From Dendronephthya gigantea (taxonomy: Eukaryota): 64,000 nucleotides of DNA. The notes beneath the pieces are model-generated. The model was not told the origin of the DNA. It searched no databases and saw nothing but the letters and a program-made list of their open reading frames with translations. Position 1 is the first letter of the stretch. Every line of letters begins with the position of its first letter. Position numbers and translations under genes: made by a program. Location: positions 2,163,271-2,227,270 of the forward strand of contig NW_021163026.1 in the NCBI RefSeq assembly GCF_004324835.1, written 5' to 3'. Of the stretch, positions 27,111 to 40,500 are shown piece by piece.

Positions 27111-28091
27111 AGAAAAGAATCAAAGAATATTGGAAAATGTAGAAAAAAAACAGATGACTTGGGCGGGCTCTTATTAAGAAGATGAATTTAGAAAACTTGA
27201 TCCTTGGAGGCAGCCGTTTTGGATTGAAAGAATTTGAATATAATTTTCACACAAGGAACGATACGCGATGCGCGCATGTGGCCTTTTTTCTGTTTCGCAA
27301 CAGAGGAAAACCAGCAAAACAGAACATTCATTTTATTTTGGTATTAACTATAGTGAAGATATTCATAGTTTATTTCGAATTCTTTAATTTTTCTCAAAAA
27401 AAAAATAGGGTTATAATGTAGTAAATATAGATCTGGGCATGTGGGATGGTCTTGAAGAAGTTCTGAGTTCGTAAAATACGAGCTAAAATCACGTCGACGA
27501 GTTAGAAAACGAGGGGTTTAATTTCATTAAACTCTCTTAAACTGGAGTTCCAGCACGTTGCTGAGTATAAATCAGGGGAATTTTCGATAAGCTCTCGTCA
27601 AAATTTTAACTATGCTCTTTTTGAACGAAATACCTGGCTAGTTCGCTGTGGTCTTCTCCTAAAATGTACCATAGAATTTCAGTGACTCAATAATGACCAA
27701 CGCCCAATATTTGTGTATATTCAAATAGGATTTTTATGTCAACGAATAAAAGGTTTTTGTAATTTTAAAAGTTTTTTAGTTTATTTTGAAACTCTACGTT
27801 AAAAAACACGAAAATTCAATTACCAATGAAGTTTATTTATCATATATAATTACAACAGCGCTATAGTAAAAGCTTTTAACTATTAAGAATTTCAGTTTTT
27901 GCTTGTATCCTGATGCCAAAGCCCTTTACTTTTTGGCATATTTATGTTTAAAAACATTTGTTTTGGTAAAAATAATCGTGTGGAAAGACGTCTTGGTTGT
28001 AAGCGAATGCTTTTCGCCCGAGTTCTTCAATGCTCCTACTGACCACACAAAGTTTTCAACTGCCGTTCACCACAAACCAATATCGCTGCGG

Positions 28092-30698
28092 TCACAGGAA
28101 GTAATCGATAACTGGTCTCTTTGTGGGAATTCCTCTTACATCCTGCGAGGAAAAAACGTAAGAAAATTCTAGTTATAGCCGACTTGGCATGATAGCCTAA
28201 ATTTTATTTAAAAATCTCGCTCTTCTGTATGTTATCCTGTCCAGAGATCCAAATGTTCCAACGTCTTTCCTTTGTTTTTGAAAGTCGAAACTGAGAAAAA
28301 ACCCCAACTTTACCTGAGGCGCCGCTTCAAATATCGTGAATTCACGTTGAAGGTTTTCATCCAGTTGCAAAATAGCAGCAACATTTCCACACCTGACAGA
28401 AAAAAAATCCAGTGTTACTACAGCGGAGAAACTTCAATTAAACTAACCCAACTTTTACTCACCTATAACAATAGTTAGGCGCAGACCAGACCGTGAGCAC
28501 AGTTTCGTTGAAATGCCATTTATAACCCTCCATGACCAGCTGATGAGCCCGGCAAATAATGTCAATGTTATTCGTTGAGTTGAACTGAAAATACAAAGAT
28601 CTTTCTTCGGTGAGTAAATAATTATATTGAGAATAAGATGTTATTCCTTGGAGTTGCATTAAACTACATTTCTTGTATTTATTTTTGCTGTATAAATAAT
28701 AGAAATTTGTATTGTGAAATCTTTAGCAGTGAATAGAAAATTCTATGAATCAAACCTGGGATACAACGTCACTGCCAAAGAGATAACCAGCACCTCGAGG
28801 ACTGACCCCCCAGCCTTGGGTATCTGAGAAAATCAAAACAAATTAACCAGGTTATAATTTCTTTGTAGTAAAGTATTTTGACAAGTTTCTTGCAATTTCA
28901 ACAAATATGTTTGACATGGTTTTTTTTCTGTCTAATGCCAGGCTATTAATAGTTTTGTTGCCTAATGAACAGGTTTTGTTATGGGGAAATACTAGAAGAT
29001 GATGGATTGACAGTTTTCTGAAAGAGATTTCTTTGTAAATGAAAAGCAGATGTCGCCCAACCTTCAGGATCTGACCACAAAAGATCACACATTGGACCAT
29101 CATGAGGTACTTCTTGTTTGCGATCAATTGAACGGATCTATTTTGAACAAAATACATGTTTGGTTTGAGCTCTCTGGTCAATGATAGACCATGCAAGATG
29201 GTCCTTGTCCGTAGGTAAATTCCACTGAAATTTCAGGTTAAGATCACCAATTTAGGTATCCACAATAGTTGAGGGTATTTCATGACTATACCTACCTGAT
29301 CTAGTGTTGTTATTGAAGGTGATAAGCCCCCGTGAACACAAAAGATCTAAGGAAACCAAATGACGGTGAAAAACAGATTCATTTACTTCATATGATGCAT
29401 TGTACATCCTCAAAACAGCGAGCTTACTTTGTTGTCGATAATTGCAGACAAACTAAGATAGTCGAATATCTCTGTGCAATATCTCCAGACAGAAACGGAA
29501 CCATATTTCTTCAAACACTCATCATAAAAGCCGTAAACCTGGTGTGAAACATGTAAATCTTCATTAACAAACAGGAAATCAAGGATTGATGATGAACTGG
29601 GAGACGGTTGTTTTCCACCAAAAGGTACGGGTTAATTCACAGTTAAATACCTGAGTAATTTGTCTGCTTTCGTGATTTCCTCTAATGAGAGTAATTCTAT
29701 CAGGATAACGCACCTGAAAGAGAATAAAAATTTGTTATTTTGATGCGATTTATTTATAGCTTCTTTGCAAACGTTTTATCACCAAGTACCTTCAGTGCTA
29801 AAAGAAGTAGAAATGTCTCAACGCTGTAGAAACCTCGGTCTACAAAATCTCCCATGAATAAATAGTTTGTTTCAGGCACATCTCCTCCAACCTAAATTGG
29901 AATTATGGTAAGTCGTCAAATTCTATATATTTCAGGCGTATGTGAATAAACACAGATAAAACTGCTACAGAGTAGTAATATTTGTACCTTGAACAGTTCC
30001 TTCAGGTCATAAAACTGTCCATGAATGTCACCGCAAACCTGGAAACAGAGGATTGGTGTGAATTGTACATGTGGAGAAACATCAAATTGAAAAAGCAGAA
30101 GAATTTCTTACAGTCACTGGAGAGTCTACTCTCTGAACATTACTTTCCTCCACAAGAATTTCCCTGGTAAAGACAAATACATTGTTTAACCATTTCTCTT
30201 AAGATTGATGTGAACAGACATGTAATCACATGTCAAAAGATATCTGAATACCTTGCTTTTCCACATAATTGCTTCACCTCATTTTCAGTGATGAGTTCAC
30301 ATTTTCGAAGCTTTTCTATTTGTCTGGAAAAAACCAAGCACATATATCACAATTTTACTACTGATTATCAATGCCTTCAAATGCACAAACCAATTTTAGT
30401 ATCTTTAATACTAGTTGATACTAAAAGTCTCTACTTCCTAAATATTAAAAAGTATCTTTTCTGAAACATTTTAGATCTTTCAATAATTTTATAGATAGTT
30501 CAAAAACAACAGTTTATGTGCAATTTGAAAAAACCGGGAGATATATAGAGACTAGAGTAAGCATACGATTATAAGGTAAGCTTACAATATTTTCTAGTAT
30601 TAAGATAGAATGATAGATATCTCGTTTTCAACTCACAATAGATTTTAAATTTTTCCTCAAACTCACCGGTCTAAATCGCTGCAACAGGAATCCACCAT
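28092..30698 (-). CDS. PPP4C: Serine/threonine protein phosphatase 4 catalytic subunit (PPP family), multi-exon
   Basis: Minus-strand exons: 30667-30698 ([11 protein letters not shown], then GTGAGT); about 30255-30330 ([24 protein letters not shown]); about 29060-29095 (...CDLLWSDPE); about 28700-28790 (...[18 protein letters not shown]...); 28463-28584 ([41 protein letters not shown]); about 28300-28380 ([26 protein letters not shown]); and the last exon 28092-28142 ([16 protein letters not shown]). The sequence is near-identical to PP4C in its conserved segments. The middle exons of the catalytic core were not all delimited. Confidence 0.85.
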
Positions 30699-31501
30699 GA
30701 CTTGAGTGTATATTTATTATATCTTTCAATAATATAATAGTAAATATTGTCTAATAAATCTTAGTTACCGAATGTTTACAATTCAAAATATCAATTCAAA
30801 TACAGTTGGCACTCTTGATCATGAAAAACCTTCCCAAACGGCCGAATCTCGATTCAAAGACGAAATCGGGTAGTATAGAATGAATATCTAGGTCAATGGC
30901 TGCACAACCGTTACGTTTTTGAAGATTTAAGCCAAGAGAAAGTCATAATAAAAACATTTTCGATCAATGATCATTAAAAACTATCAACCTCATTCATGAT
31001 ATTTTTCTCAGATTATTTCCCGCATTATTTTTTATCCCCCAGTCTTCGCTCGGTTGTCGAAAAAAATAACGAAATTTAGTCGGAGCTCTTGGATTAAAGA
31101 TTAGGATTTAGAAGAGGGATAAAATTTGTGTTAGCATGGGGATTAGATTTAATTCCAGGTTCAGTATATCCGAAATCCTAAGAGGATTAGGTCAGGATTT
31201 AATACATTTCCGGTTCTAAAAACTGTTCCTGTTTTTCGTGGAAAACCAATTACTGGTATATATTATCGCTCAAGCCACATGTGGTTCGAAGACCACATAA
31301 GACAACCGCGTTGCTTATTTTGTGCATATTTTTTTATCAATAGGAACCTGCCACGTTGTTAGGAACGCTACTGTTTAAAGACTCGCCCAGGCAAAACGGG
31401 TCATTTTTATTTTAACCAGCTTTTTTAACACGATTATCGGCAGATACATGTCTACCTGGTGTACTTTCGCTTTGCAGTGATTTTCCCGTGGTCTGTATGG
31501 C

Positions 31502-34500
31502 ATGGCGGAAGCTGTAGGTATGTTTCGTAAACTTTGTTTGCTAAACTGTGTCAAAAAAAGGTGCGACTTTAAATAACACTAATGTGGCTTCTAGCCAATA
31601 TTAAACACTGTGTTTATGAGAAATGCAACGAATATAAGTGTTCTGCATTTTGATAAGTTTTAGTAAACGGTTTCCATATATAATTCGCATACTTGTTATG
31701 CTTGGATACCCCAGTCGCAATTAGTTTTGCATATTCATGAATCATGGCAACTCTTTGTGTCAATATAAAGAGGACTTGTGACCGCCAAAGTCTTCTCGTT
31801 TTATGCATGCATAATTCATAGTTATCTTAAAATAGTATCTTCTTCAAAAACACGGGTTAGTTGCTGCTCAGTCAAATGTAAAGAAATTGCATGGATTAAA
31901 GGGGTAAGGTTGGTGTTAGGATTAGTAGAGGGATTAGACTTACGTTTGAATCAAAGAATTAAGATTTCAAGGATTTATTTTTCAGTTAAATCCAAGTTTG
32001 GTCAGAGAGAACCCCCACTTACAAATCAGATTGTGAGCATATTGAATCGTTATCCTGATGGAGGGCAAATATTGAAGGTAATCAGCATTACCATTATTCA
32101 AGCAATCATTTAGCAGATTGAACATTCTTGTTTTCGAGAACCAGTTTACAATATTGACATGCACAAACAATTATTTTACCATGCTCTTAGGAATTGATTC
32201 AAAATGCTGATGACGCTGAAGCAAAGGAGGTTAAATTTCTATACGATGGCAGACAATTTGGTGTAAATAATCTTACTAGTAAACATCTGAAGGACTTCCA
32301 GGGACCTGCGCTTTATGCATTTAATGATGCAAAATTCAAAGAGAGCGATTGGGATGGGATACAAAATCTCATGAAGAGTAATAAAAAGGAAGATATTCTC
32401 AAAGTAGGAAGATTTGGTATTGGGTTCAACTCAGTGTATCACATCACAGGTTTGTGCAGATCATGAATTTAATTTGGTTGTTTGTTTGCACGTATTTTTT
32501 GCCTGCAATAAAGATATTAAGATAGTTCTAGTTTTGGAAGGACTGAAGTTGAGCAAAGATTCTAGCATGCATCTTTAGTCCTGATATTCATTTTTGCTAT
32601 CAATAACAAGCAGCTTATTGAGCTAGCTCCTGCATGTATAAAGAATATCAACATCTGCATTTGTCTTAAAATGATGCAAACAAACAAATGTGTTATTACT
32701 ACATTTAGTATTTCTTTTAAACTTTGATGGTAGTAATAGAATTGAATCACCTTGAATGCAACTTGTTAGATCTGCCAGGAATCGCAAGTGGGAAAAAAAT
32801 TGGATTTTTGGATCCACATAAACGATGTTTTGAAAAGGGGGAACCTGGAGTACAATATGAGGTTGATTCAAAATTACTGCGACAGGAACATCTTCTTCGA
32901 GATCAATTTGAGCCGTTCAAAGGAGTGTTTGGTTTTGATTTTTGCGAAGAATATCCCCATACTCTCTTTCGCTTTCCATTGCGAAAATGTCCGTCTGAAC
33001 TCTCACAGACAGAGTACACAAAGGAAAAAGTCGAGAAGCTTTTCAATTCGTTGCGCGAAGAAGCTCCAATCATTTTGTTGTTCATGAAACACATCCAACA
33101 CATCAGCGTTTATGAACGTTTGGATGAAAATGACACGGTCAAATGTCTCTTCGAAGTTGAGATTGCTCGTGAAACACGCGAAGTTGTTCAACAGGAAAGG
33201 CAGAAGATGTTTGAAAAAGCTAAACAAGCTCTTAGTCTTACAGTTACGGAGTCAAGCTGTGTCGTTGACATTTCTTTATCTTCTATGAATGGCTCGGGCC
33301 ACACGGATGAGTGTTTTAGATGGCTTGTAATCAACCAGATTGGCTTAGCTGAAAAAGATGAAAAGGTTGAAGAGCTTTCGAAGACTTTAAGTTTGCTTCC
33401 GTGGATTGGCTGTGCTGTTCCGCTTAACGAGAATGCCCAAAAGGAAGACAGCGGTCGGATTTTTTGTTCTTTACCACTTCCTCATGATGTCGACTGCAAG
33501 ACAGGCCTGCCAGTTTTGGTGCATGGTGCATTCGGAGTCACAGACAACAGACGGGGACTTCTGTGGCCCGGAAATGAATGTCAAAATAACGAAACTGCCG
33601 AGTGGAACGTGCTGTTGGTGAAGAAAATCCTGTCCTCCGTTTTCCGCAAAGTTTTAAAAGCAATAATTACAGATCATCCTGCCACTGGTCTGCACGACGT
33701 GGAGAGACGTGATCTTGTCTATAACACTTTGCCGAAATTAAGCAATGTTATTGGTCACTGGAAGGATGTACTGGATCCTCTATTTCATGAACTTAAGCAT
33801 CTCAACCTCTTTTTTACTCAATCATGCGGTCCTTCATCTTGGGTGACTCTGCAGGAAGGACTTCTTGATCAAATGAAAAAGGATGGCGTGTCTGATGAGA
33901 CGAGGGGAATTGTCCTCAAAACACTGTTACAGAATCATTCTATTATAACAGAACTTCCTGAGCATGTGAGCGAGATTGTTGAAAAATATTTCGGTGCTGA
34001 GAAACAAGATATTACTCCGGAAATTCTGAGAAATTTACTCCTGAGAACAAACTCGCTACAGACGGCATCCCGTAATGATAAACTCCGGTTACTGGAATAC
34101 GTGTTACATGATAACCCACAACCCCAAATGCTCACAGGAATCCCTCTTCTTCCTCTGTCATCTGGAGAATTCAAAAACTTCACTCACCATTCAAATCCTT
34201 CACAGTTGGTATTTGTGCCCAGCGACAACTGTAGCGAAGATTTACTTCCAAATATGCAAAACCATTTCCTAGACATGAATATTCCTGCAGAAACCCGTAA
34301 AAAGCTTGTTGAAATGGCGGCCTTGGATGAACCCACTGCAACACAAATGGTTTTACTCAGCCCAGATCTTGTCGTGTCATACTTACGACGCTGTCTTCCC
34401 GAAGAATGGTTCAATCCCAACCAAAATTTTGTTTCCTGGAAACATGATCATCCTAAACATCCACCAAAGAAATGGATCACAGATATTTGGCATTGGATCA

Positions 34501-37500
34501 ATGAAATCTTTGAAGAATCTCTTGAGAAGTTCGAAGGAATCCCGCTGATACCGTTTGAAATCGAATCGGAGGCTAAACTTGGCGTGCTTTCAAAAACCTC
34601 CAAGTTCATATTCAGTTCAGATGCTTCTCAGAATGTGCAATTGCCTCAGCAGATTGTGAAAGTTCTCCAAGCGTCAGGCTGCGTTGTCCTACCCTGTCAA
34701 CCGACATCCCCCCACGTGCGTCACCCCGATATCTGCTCTTACATTGCGTCTCCCGTCCCGACGGAAGTGATCCAGAAGCTCCTCAGCTCTTCGTGGAATT
34801 CTGCCAAAGAGTACATCGTGAATTGCCCAAGAAACGAATGGAAAACGATCCAAAATTTTTTTGCATCGGTGCAGATGTCGGAGGATCTTCGTGAATCGTA
34901 TGTTAACGCATTACGTGATCTGCCGTTGCTGGAGACACTTGGTGGAAAATACACAACCGCTGTTGTCGACGGTAGGAACCTTTGGGTTGCTTCGCCAGAC
35001 TTCAAACTTCCAGATGGTTTCGACTTTCGCAAAGCGGACCACATCATCTCATCTGCTGAATCTGAATCCGCTCAACTGGTTGGTTTGTTAAAATTAGTTC
35101 CTTGCAAGCCTGTAGATATTTTTTGCCATTTTCTGTTCCCGGACATTGAGACCCAGTCGATTTACAACCGCGAAGAAACAACTAAGGTCATGTTATGGCT
35201 TCTGGAAAGAATCTGCGATTTTAAGGATGATTATTTCCACGACAAAATGAAGAACTTATCGTTTGTAAGCACGCGAAATGGGGAACTTAGAAAGCCAAGT
35301 CAAATCTATAACCCAAATGATCCTCTTCTAAGGGATTTGTTCATTGGTGATGACTCGAAGTTTCCGTCGAAGGAATTTAGTGAACCGCGTGTGATAGGAA
35401 CGCTGACTGATTATGGGCTTCGAACACCAGACATGATAACTCCATCGGATCTCCCTGGAGCAGTTGAGACGGTCGCATCTTTAAAATACGAAGATTCCTT
35501 GAGCAAGGTGAAAGCGTTGATAGAAGTTTTACAACAGAATCCAAAGTTCTTACAAAAATCGATGTGACAACAAAGCTTGCTGGAATAGCGTGGCTTCCTC
35601 GCGCCAAGAAACACAAGAAAGGCTTCCCTTCGTTCATGCACAAGGAATGGTACAACACTGACATTATGTTTTATAAATCAGATGAAATATTTCGCGAGTC
35701 CCGCATGCTTCTCGTTGGAACTTCTGCTCCGATTCTTGGCGTTGACATTGAGAAAAGTCTTCAAGATGCATTGTGTATTAACAAAGAGGTAAATCTCGAT
35801 CAAGTGATCAAACATCTCAAAACATGTGTTCGCGTCTGGGATGAGAAAAAGAAATCAACTTCGCAATATATTGAAATGCTCAAAGAAATCTACGTGTATC
35901 TTTCGAAAAGGCCTTCACAAGAAGACGTCTCCCGTATTATTCTGCAACATTTTGCAGAATATGGAGAAAAATGGATATGGCACGGTGCGGGTTTCTGCGC
36001 ACCCGAACAACTCGCCCTGGAGAAAGATTTACCCTTTGAATTTCGACCTCCGCTTTTTCTGCTGCCCGAGGCTCTAAATGATGGGAAATCGCTGACGATT
36101 TTTTTTCGAAACCACGGGGTTCGTGAACAGTTTTCCAAAGAAGACATTATTTCCGTCTTGGTCGCCATTAAGAAGACATACGAGGAGACTGTACGTCCTA
36201 TTTCGCTGAAGGAGCAGGAAAAAGATTTAAAGTTTTGTCGTTCCGTTCTCGAGTGGTTGGTAAGTGATGGACAGAAGTTGGACGAAGATCTCAGAAGGAA
36301 GATATTTGTTCCAGTGCAAAAAGACAAGAAGTTAGTCTTAGAGGAATGTGAAAAAGGCACGTATTGCGATCAAGAATGGTTGAAACATGGAAAAAGTGAA
36401 CTTGATATTCCTGATGATATTCAACTGATCCACGATTCCATTACGACTAAAACAGCAATTCTGCTTGGAGTACCTTCACTAAGCTCCTGTCTGCTGTCGG
36501 CTGAGTGCGTTGAGTTTGAACAAACCGGACCCTACGAGCCGATCACAACAAGAATCAAGAATATTCTGAAAGAGTATAAAGAAGGTGTTGGTATTTTCAA
36601 AGAGCTTATTCAGAATGCGGATGACGCAGGCGCGGATACGGTCAAATTTTTGGTGGACTGGAGAACAGGGAAGATTGGCAGCTTATTCTCGCCTGATATG
36701 GCCCCAAGCCAAGGGCCTGCACTCTGGGCGTACAACAATGCTGTGTTCACTGATAAAGATTTTGAGAATATCAACAAGCTAGCTGGAGGAACGAAAGTGG
36801 AAGATCTTTCGAAGATTGGTCGTTTTGGGCTGGGTTTCAACGCTGTTTACCATCTTACTGACGTACCGAGTTTTATCAGTCGAAGCATCTTGTGTATTTT
36901 TGACCCAAATGTCAACCACATCTCAAACCACATTCGCGACAAGTCCCGTCCAGGAATCCGAATAGATCTTGCCAAGAACCCAAGGCCGTTGACAGCGTTC
37001 GCCGACCAGTTTTCCCTCTATAACGAAATCTTTGAATGCAAGACAACTCTGGATGATAAAGAGAAGTTCTCGTACCAAGGCACCTTATTCCGCTTTCCTT
37101 TTCGCACTGCGACTGAGGCAGAGAAGAGCGAGATGTGTCAGACTGTTTACAATCAAGTCGAAGTGAAAAGAATTGTAGATACTTTGCAGCGCAATGCATC
37201 CCTCATTCTTCTTTTTACACAAAATGTTAAGCGCGTTGAACTGTACGAACTTGCTGCTGAAGACTGCCCGCAAAACATGAAACTTATACTTTCTATCAAT
37301 AAAGAAGTACTTTCTACTAATAAAGAAATTTCCACCATTCCGGAGGTTGTGCAGGTATCTCCATACATTAAACGATGCTCCAACTGGTGGAATGAAAAGC
37401 AATCGTTGAGTGAAGCACCGTGGTGTTTGGAGCAGGTTGAAATCCGGATTGATAAGGAAGACCCAACCACAAATGAAACTGGAGCGTGCGACGTAAAGAC

Positions 37501-40500
37501 TTCTTCCTGGTTTGTGTCTTATTGTGTTGGAAAGGATCTTTCGATCAAACTTGCCAGGGAAGAAGGTGAAAAAGATGGTCTCTTGCCTCTCGCCGGTGCT
37601 GCTGCTCTCCTTCAAAGCAATTCAAATGATGATGCGATGATCGCTAAACAAGTTAATGGTGAAGCATTTTGCTTCTTGCCACTGTCCATTTCCACCGGAC
37701 TACCCGTCCATGTAAACAGTTCCTTTGCTGTTCGTTCGAATCGCGATGGAATCTGGGAAAAGACCACGGCTGAGGAAAACTTGGAATCTCGCTGGAACGA
37801 AACTCTTTTACAAGATGCGATACCCGAGGCATATTTCCAACTACTCCACGGAATGGTGAATTTATCGAAGAATAATTCCTTAACACAATTCGATCAGCGT
37901 TTCCATGATTTCTGGCCGCGTCTTGCCACGTCAAAAACGTCGTGGACCGCTCTCGTATCGAGTTTTTATACAAAGTTATTAGCACAAAATTTGAAGCTGT
38001 TTTGCAGCACTGGAAAGTGGATGGACATTAACGATGGTTTTATCTTAGACGATGAGTTGCGAAGTCATGATCACGACAGAGTCGTGAGAACGCTGAAATT
38101 TATCGAAATACACGTTTTTGATCTTCCATCAGATGTCGTTACCGCAATGAAAGACTCCGCTAGTGATTCTGTCCAAAATGTTCTTCAGAAGCAGACGTTG
38201 AACTTTGTATCATTCTTTGAGCTCCACTTGTTCCCTAAGTTAGAAGTAATCCCGGCTGATTTACGCAATCCCATTGTCCATGATGGGCTACGCTATCTCC
38301 TGGACGAGACAAAGCAAGGCTATCAGAAACTGAATAGTTTATACAAGAAAACCAAATGTATTCCGTGTTCTCCCGATGGTGAAAAGTTAGCTCGACCGTG
38401 CGATTTGATCAACCCGAATGACGAAAGTATTTCTAGGTTATACTCGCCCGAAGAAGGCAGGTTTCCTCATGGAAATCTCGATAATACACAAATGTTTGTA
38501 TTGGCCGAAAAACTTGGGATGGTTAAAGATCTTTTAAGTTGGGAAGAAATTCGTGGACGTGCGATGTCTATTGAGAAGCTAGCAGAGACGAACAAGGAAG
38601 CAGCTCTGCTACGCTCAAGGTATCTTGTCTATTATCTACGATGTAATATGGAGAGACTTAAACAGATGACAGATATTTCGCTTTGTCCTTCTCTTCAGAA
38701 AATAAATTTTTTACCGGTGCGTCTCACTGCCACAGAATCGTACACTTTGCCATGGAAAGGGGAGTCTTGTTCCACGCAGTTTCTGAGTCCTGGTGAACTG
38801 TTTTTGCCAGAAGATGATACCCTCATCGGCTCAGCCAGCTTGATCGTCGACGACACCGAAGAAAGCGGGTGTGGTTCACTGGAAGTTTTAAAGAGCGTTC
38901 TTGGTTTTTCTCGTCGCCCGAGCTGTCAACAAGTGTTTGAACAGTTGGATATTACCAGGAAATCACATGCGACCGACGAAATGAAAAATAGAGTGTGCAA
39001 ACGTGTTTACAAACATCTAAATGATGAGCTGGACGAGAATTCAGACGTAACTGAAAAACTTCAGAATTCTCCGTGGCTTTACCTTGAAGGAACTTTCGTA
39101 GAAAACAAGAAGATTGCAATGAGCTGGAATGGGTACGCCGTGCCTTTTCTGTACAGTGTTCCAGACAGAGACAAACAAGAGTATAAAAAACTCCTCAAAC
39201 TGGCAGGAATTAAGGAGTGCTTCACAGCCACCGATTTCATCGAAGCTCTAGATTTGCTCAGGGAATCCATGCAGGATACCCCTTTGTCACCAGAACATAT
39301 ACAACTTGTTGTGACGTTGATCAGGGAGCTAAGAGATCCAAGCGAGGCGGTTAGAAGACGTTTTGGTACAATACCATTACCTGACACAAGCGGTGTGTTA
39401 TACGACAGCAAAGATCTAACCATCCCAGAAAGTTTTGCAGTGAAATACAACAACAAAGGCGAGCTTTTCATTCATCAAGAGATAGTCCAAAACACTGCTC
39501 GCAAGCTTGGAGCAAAAGCCTTGCGTGCAAGACGAAGGGAGAAGTATGGTAACACAATGTCTATATCTTTTGGGCAATTTGAGAAACTAACGGATCGTAT
39601 AAAGAACATCTTAGAATCATACCCTTGTGATGCTGGAATCTTAAAGGAACTCGTTCAAAATGCAGACGATGCGAAGGCCACCGAAATTCAGTTCATCTAC
39701 GACAAACGAAAACTTCCTCACGAGCGAGTTCTTCAAAATCAAGCGAGCGAAATCCAAGGACCTGCGTTATGTGTTTACAATAACAAACAATTCAGCGAAG
39801 ATGATTTTAATGGAATCTGCAAACTTGGAATCGGGAGCAAACACGATGACCCTGCTAAAACTGGACAGTATGGAATTGGATTCAATGCCGTGTATCACTT
39901 AACGGACTGTCCTAGCTTTTTGTCCAACGATAGCACTCTTTGTATCCTTGATCCTCACTGTGAATACGCTCCTGAAGCTACTTTGGATGCACCTGGAGGA
40001 CGTTATGACAACATTGATAACGATTTTAGAGATATCTTCTCTGACACTGTAAGTGGTTATCTTAAGAATCTCGATCGTTTTCCTCTGAAAAATTCCACCA
40101 TGTTTCGACTTCCACTGCGAACAAGCGAACAAGCAGCTAAGTCTGAAGTATCGAGGATTGTTGCTACCGAAGAAATCATGACTTTACTAAAGAAATTTGA
40201 AGAAGAAGCGAAGAAATTGTTGCTTTTTCTCAATCATGTTAAGGAGATTGGTTTGTGGGAAATCGATGAGAATTCTGAGTTAAAACTCACATACTCGGTG
40301 AGTTCTAAACTTAAACCAAAAAGTGAGAAGAAATTACATGAGCTGCATGGTCACTTGCAAGACCACAAGAATTTAAAAACTCATGAGATTCTTATAAAGG
40401 ACACTACGTATAGCATCCATATTCAGGACACAGAGAGACTCCAGGAAAAATGGCTCATTCATCAAATTTTTGGCATCAGAGAAGAAGCAATGAGCGATGA

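Noticed and set aside
35564-35566. Methionine start shown by the ORF track for the 2833-aa ORF (and likewise at 32194)
   Set aside because: The codons are GTG and TTG inside a continuous exon. The tool prints M for alternative starts. These are internal to the sacsin-like coding sequence.
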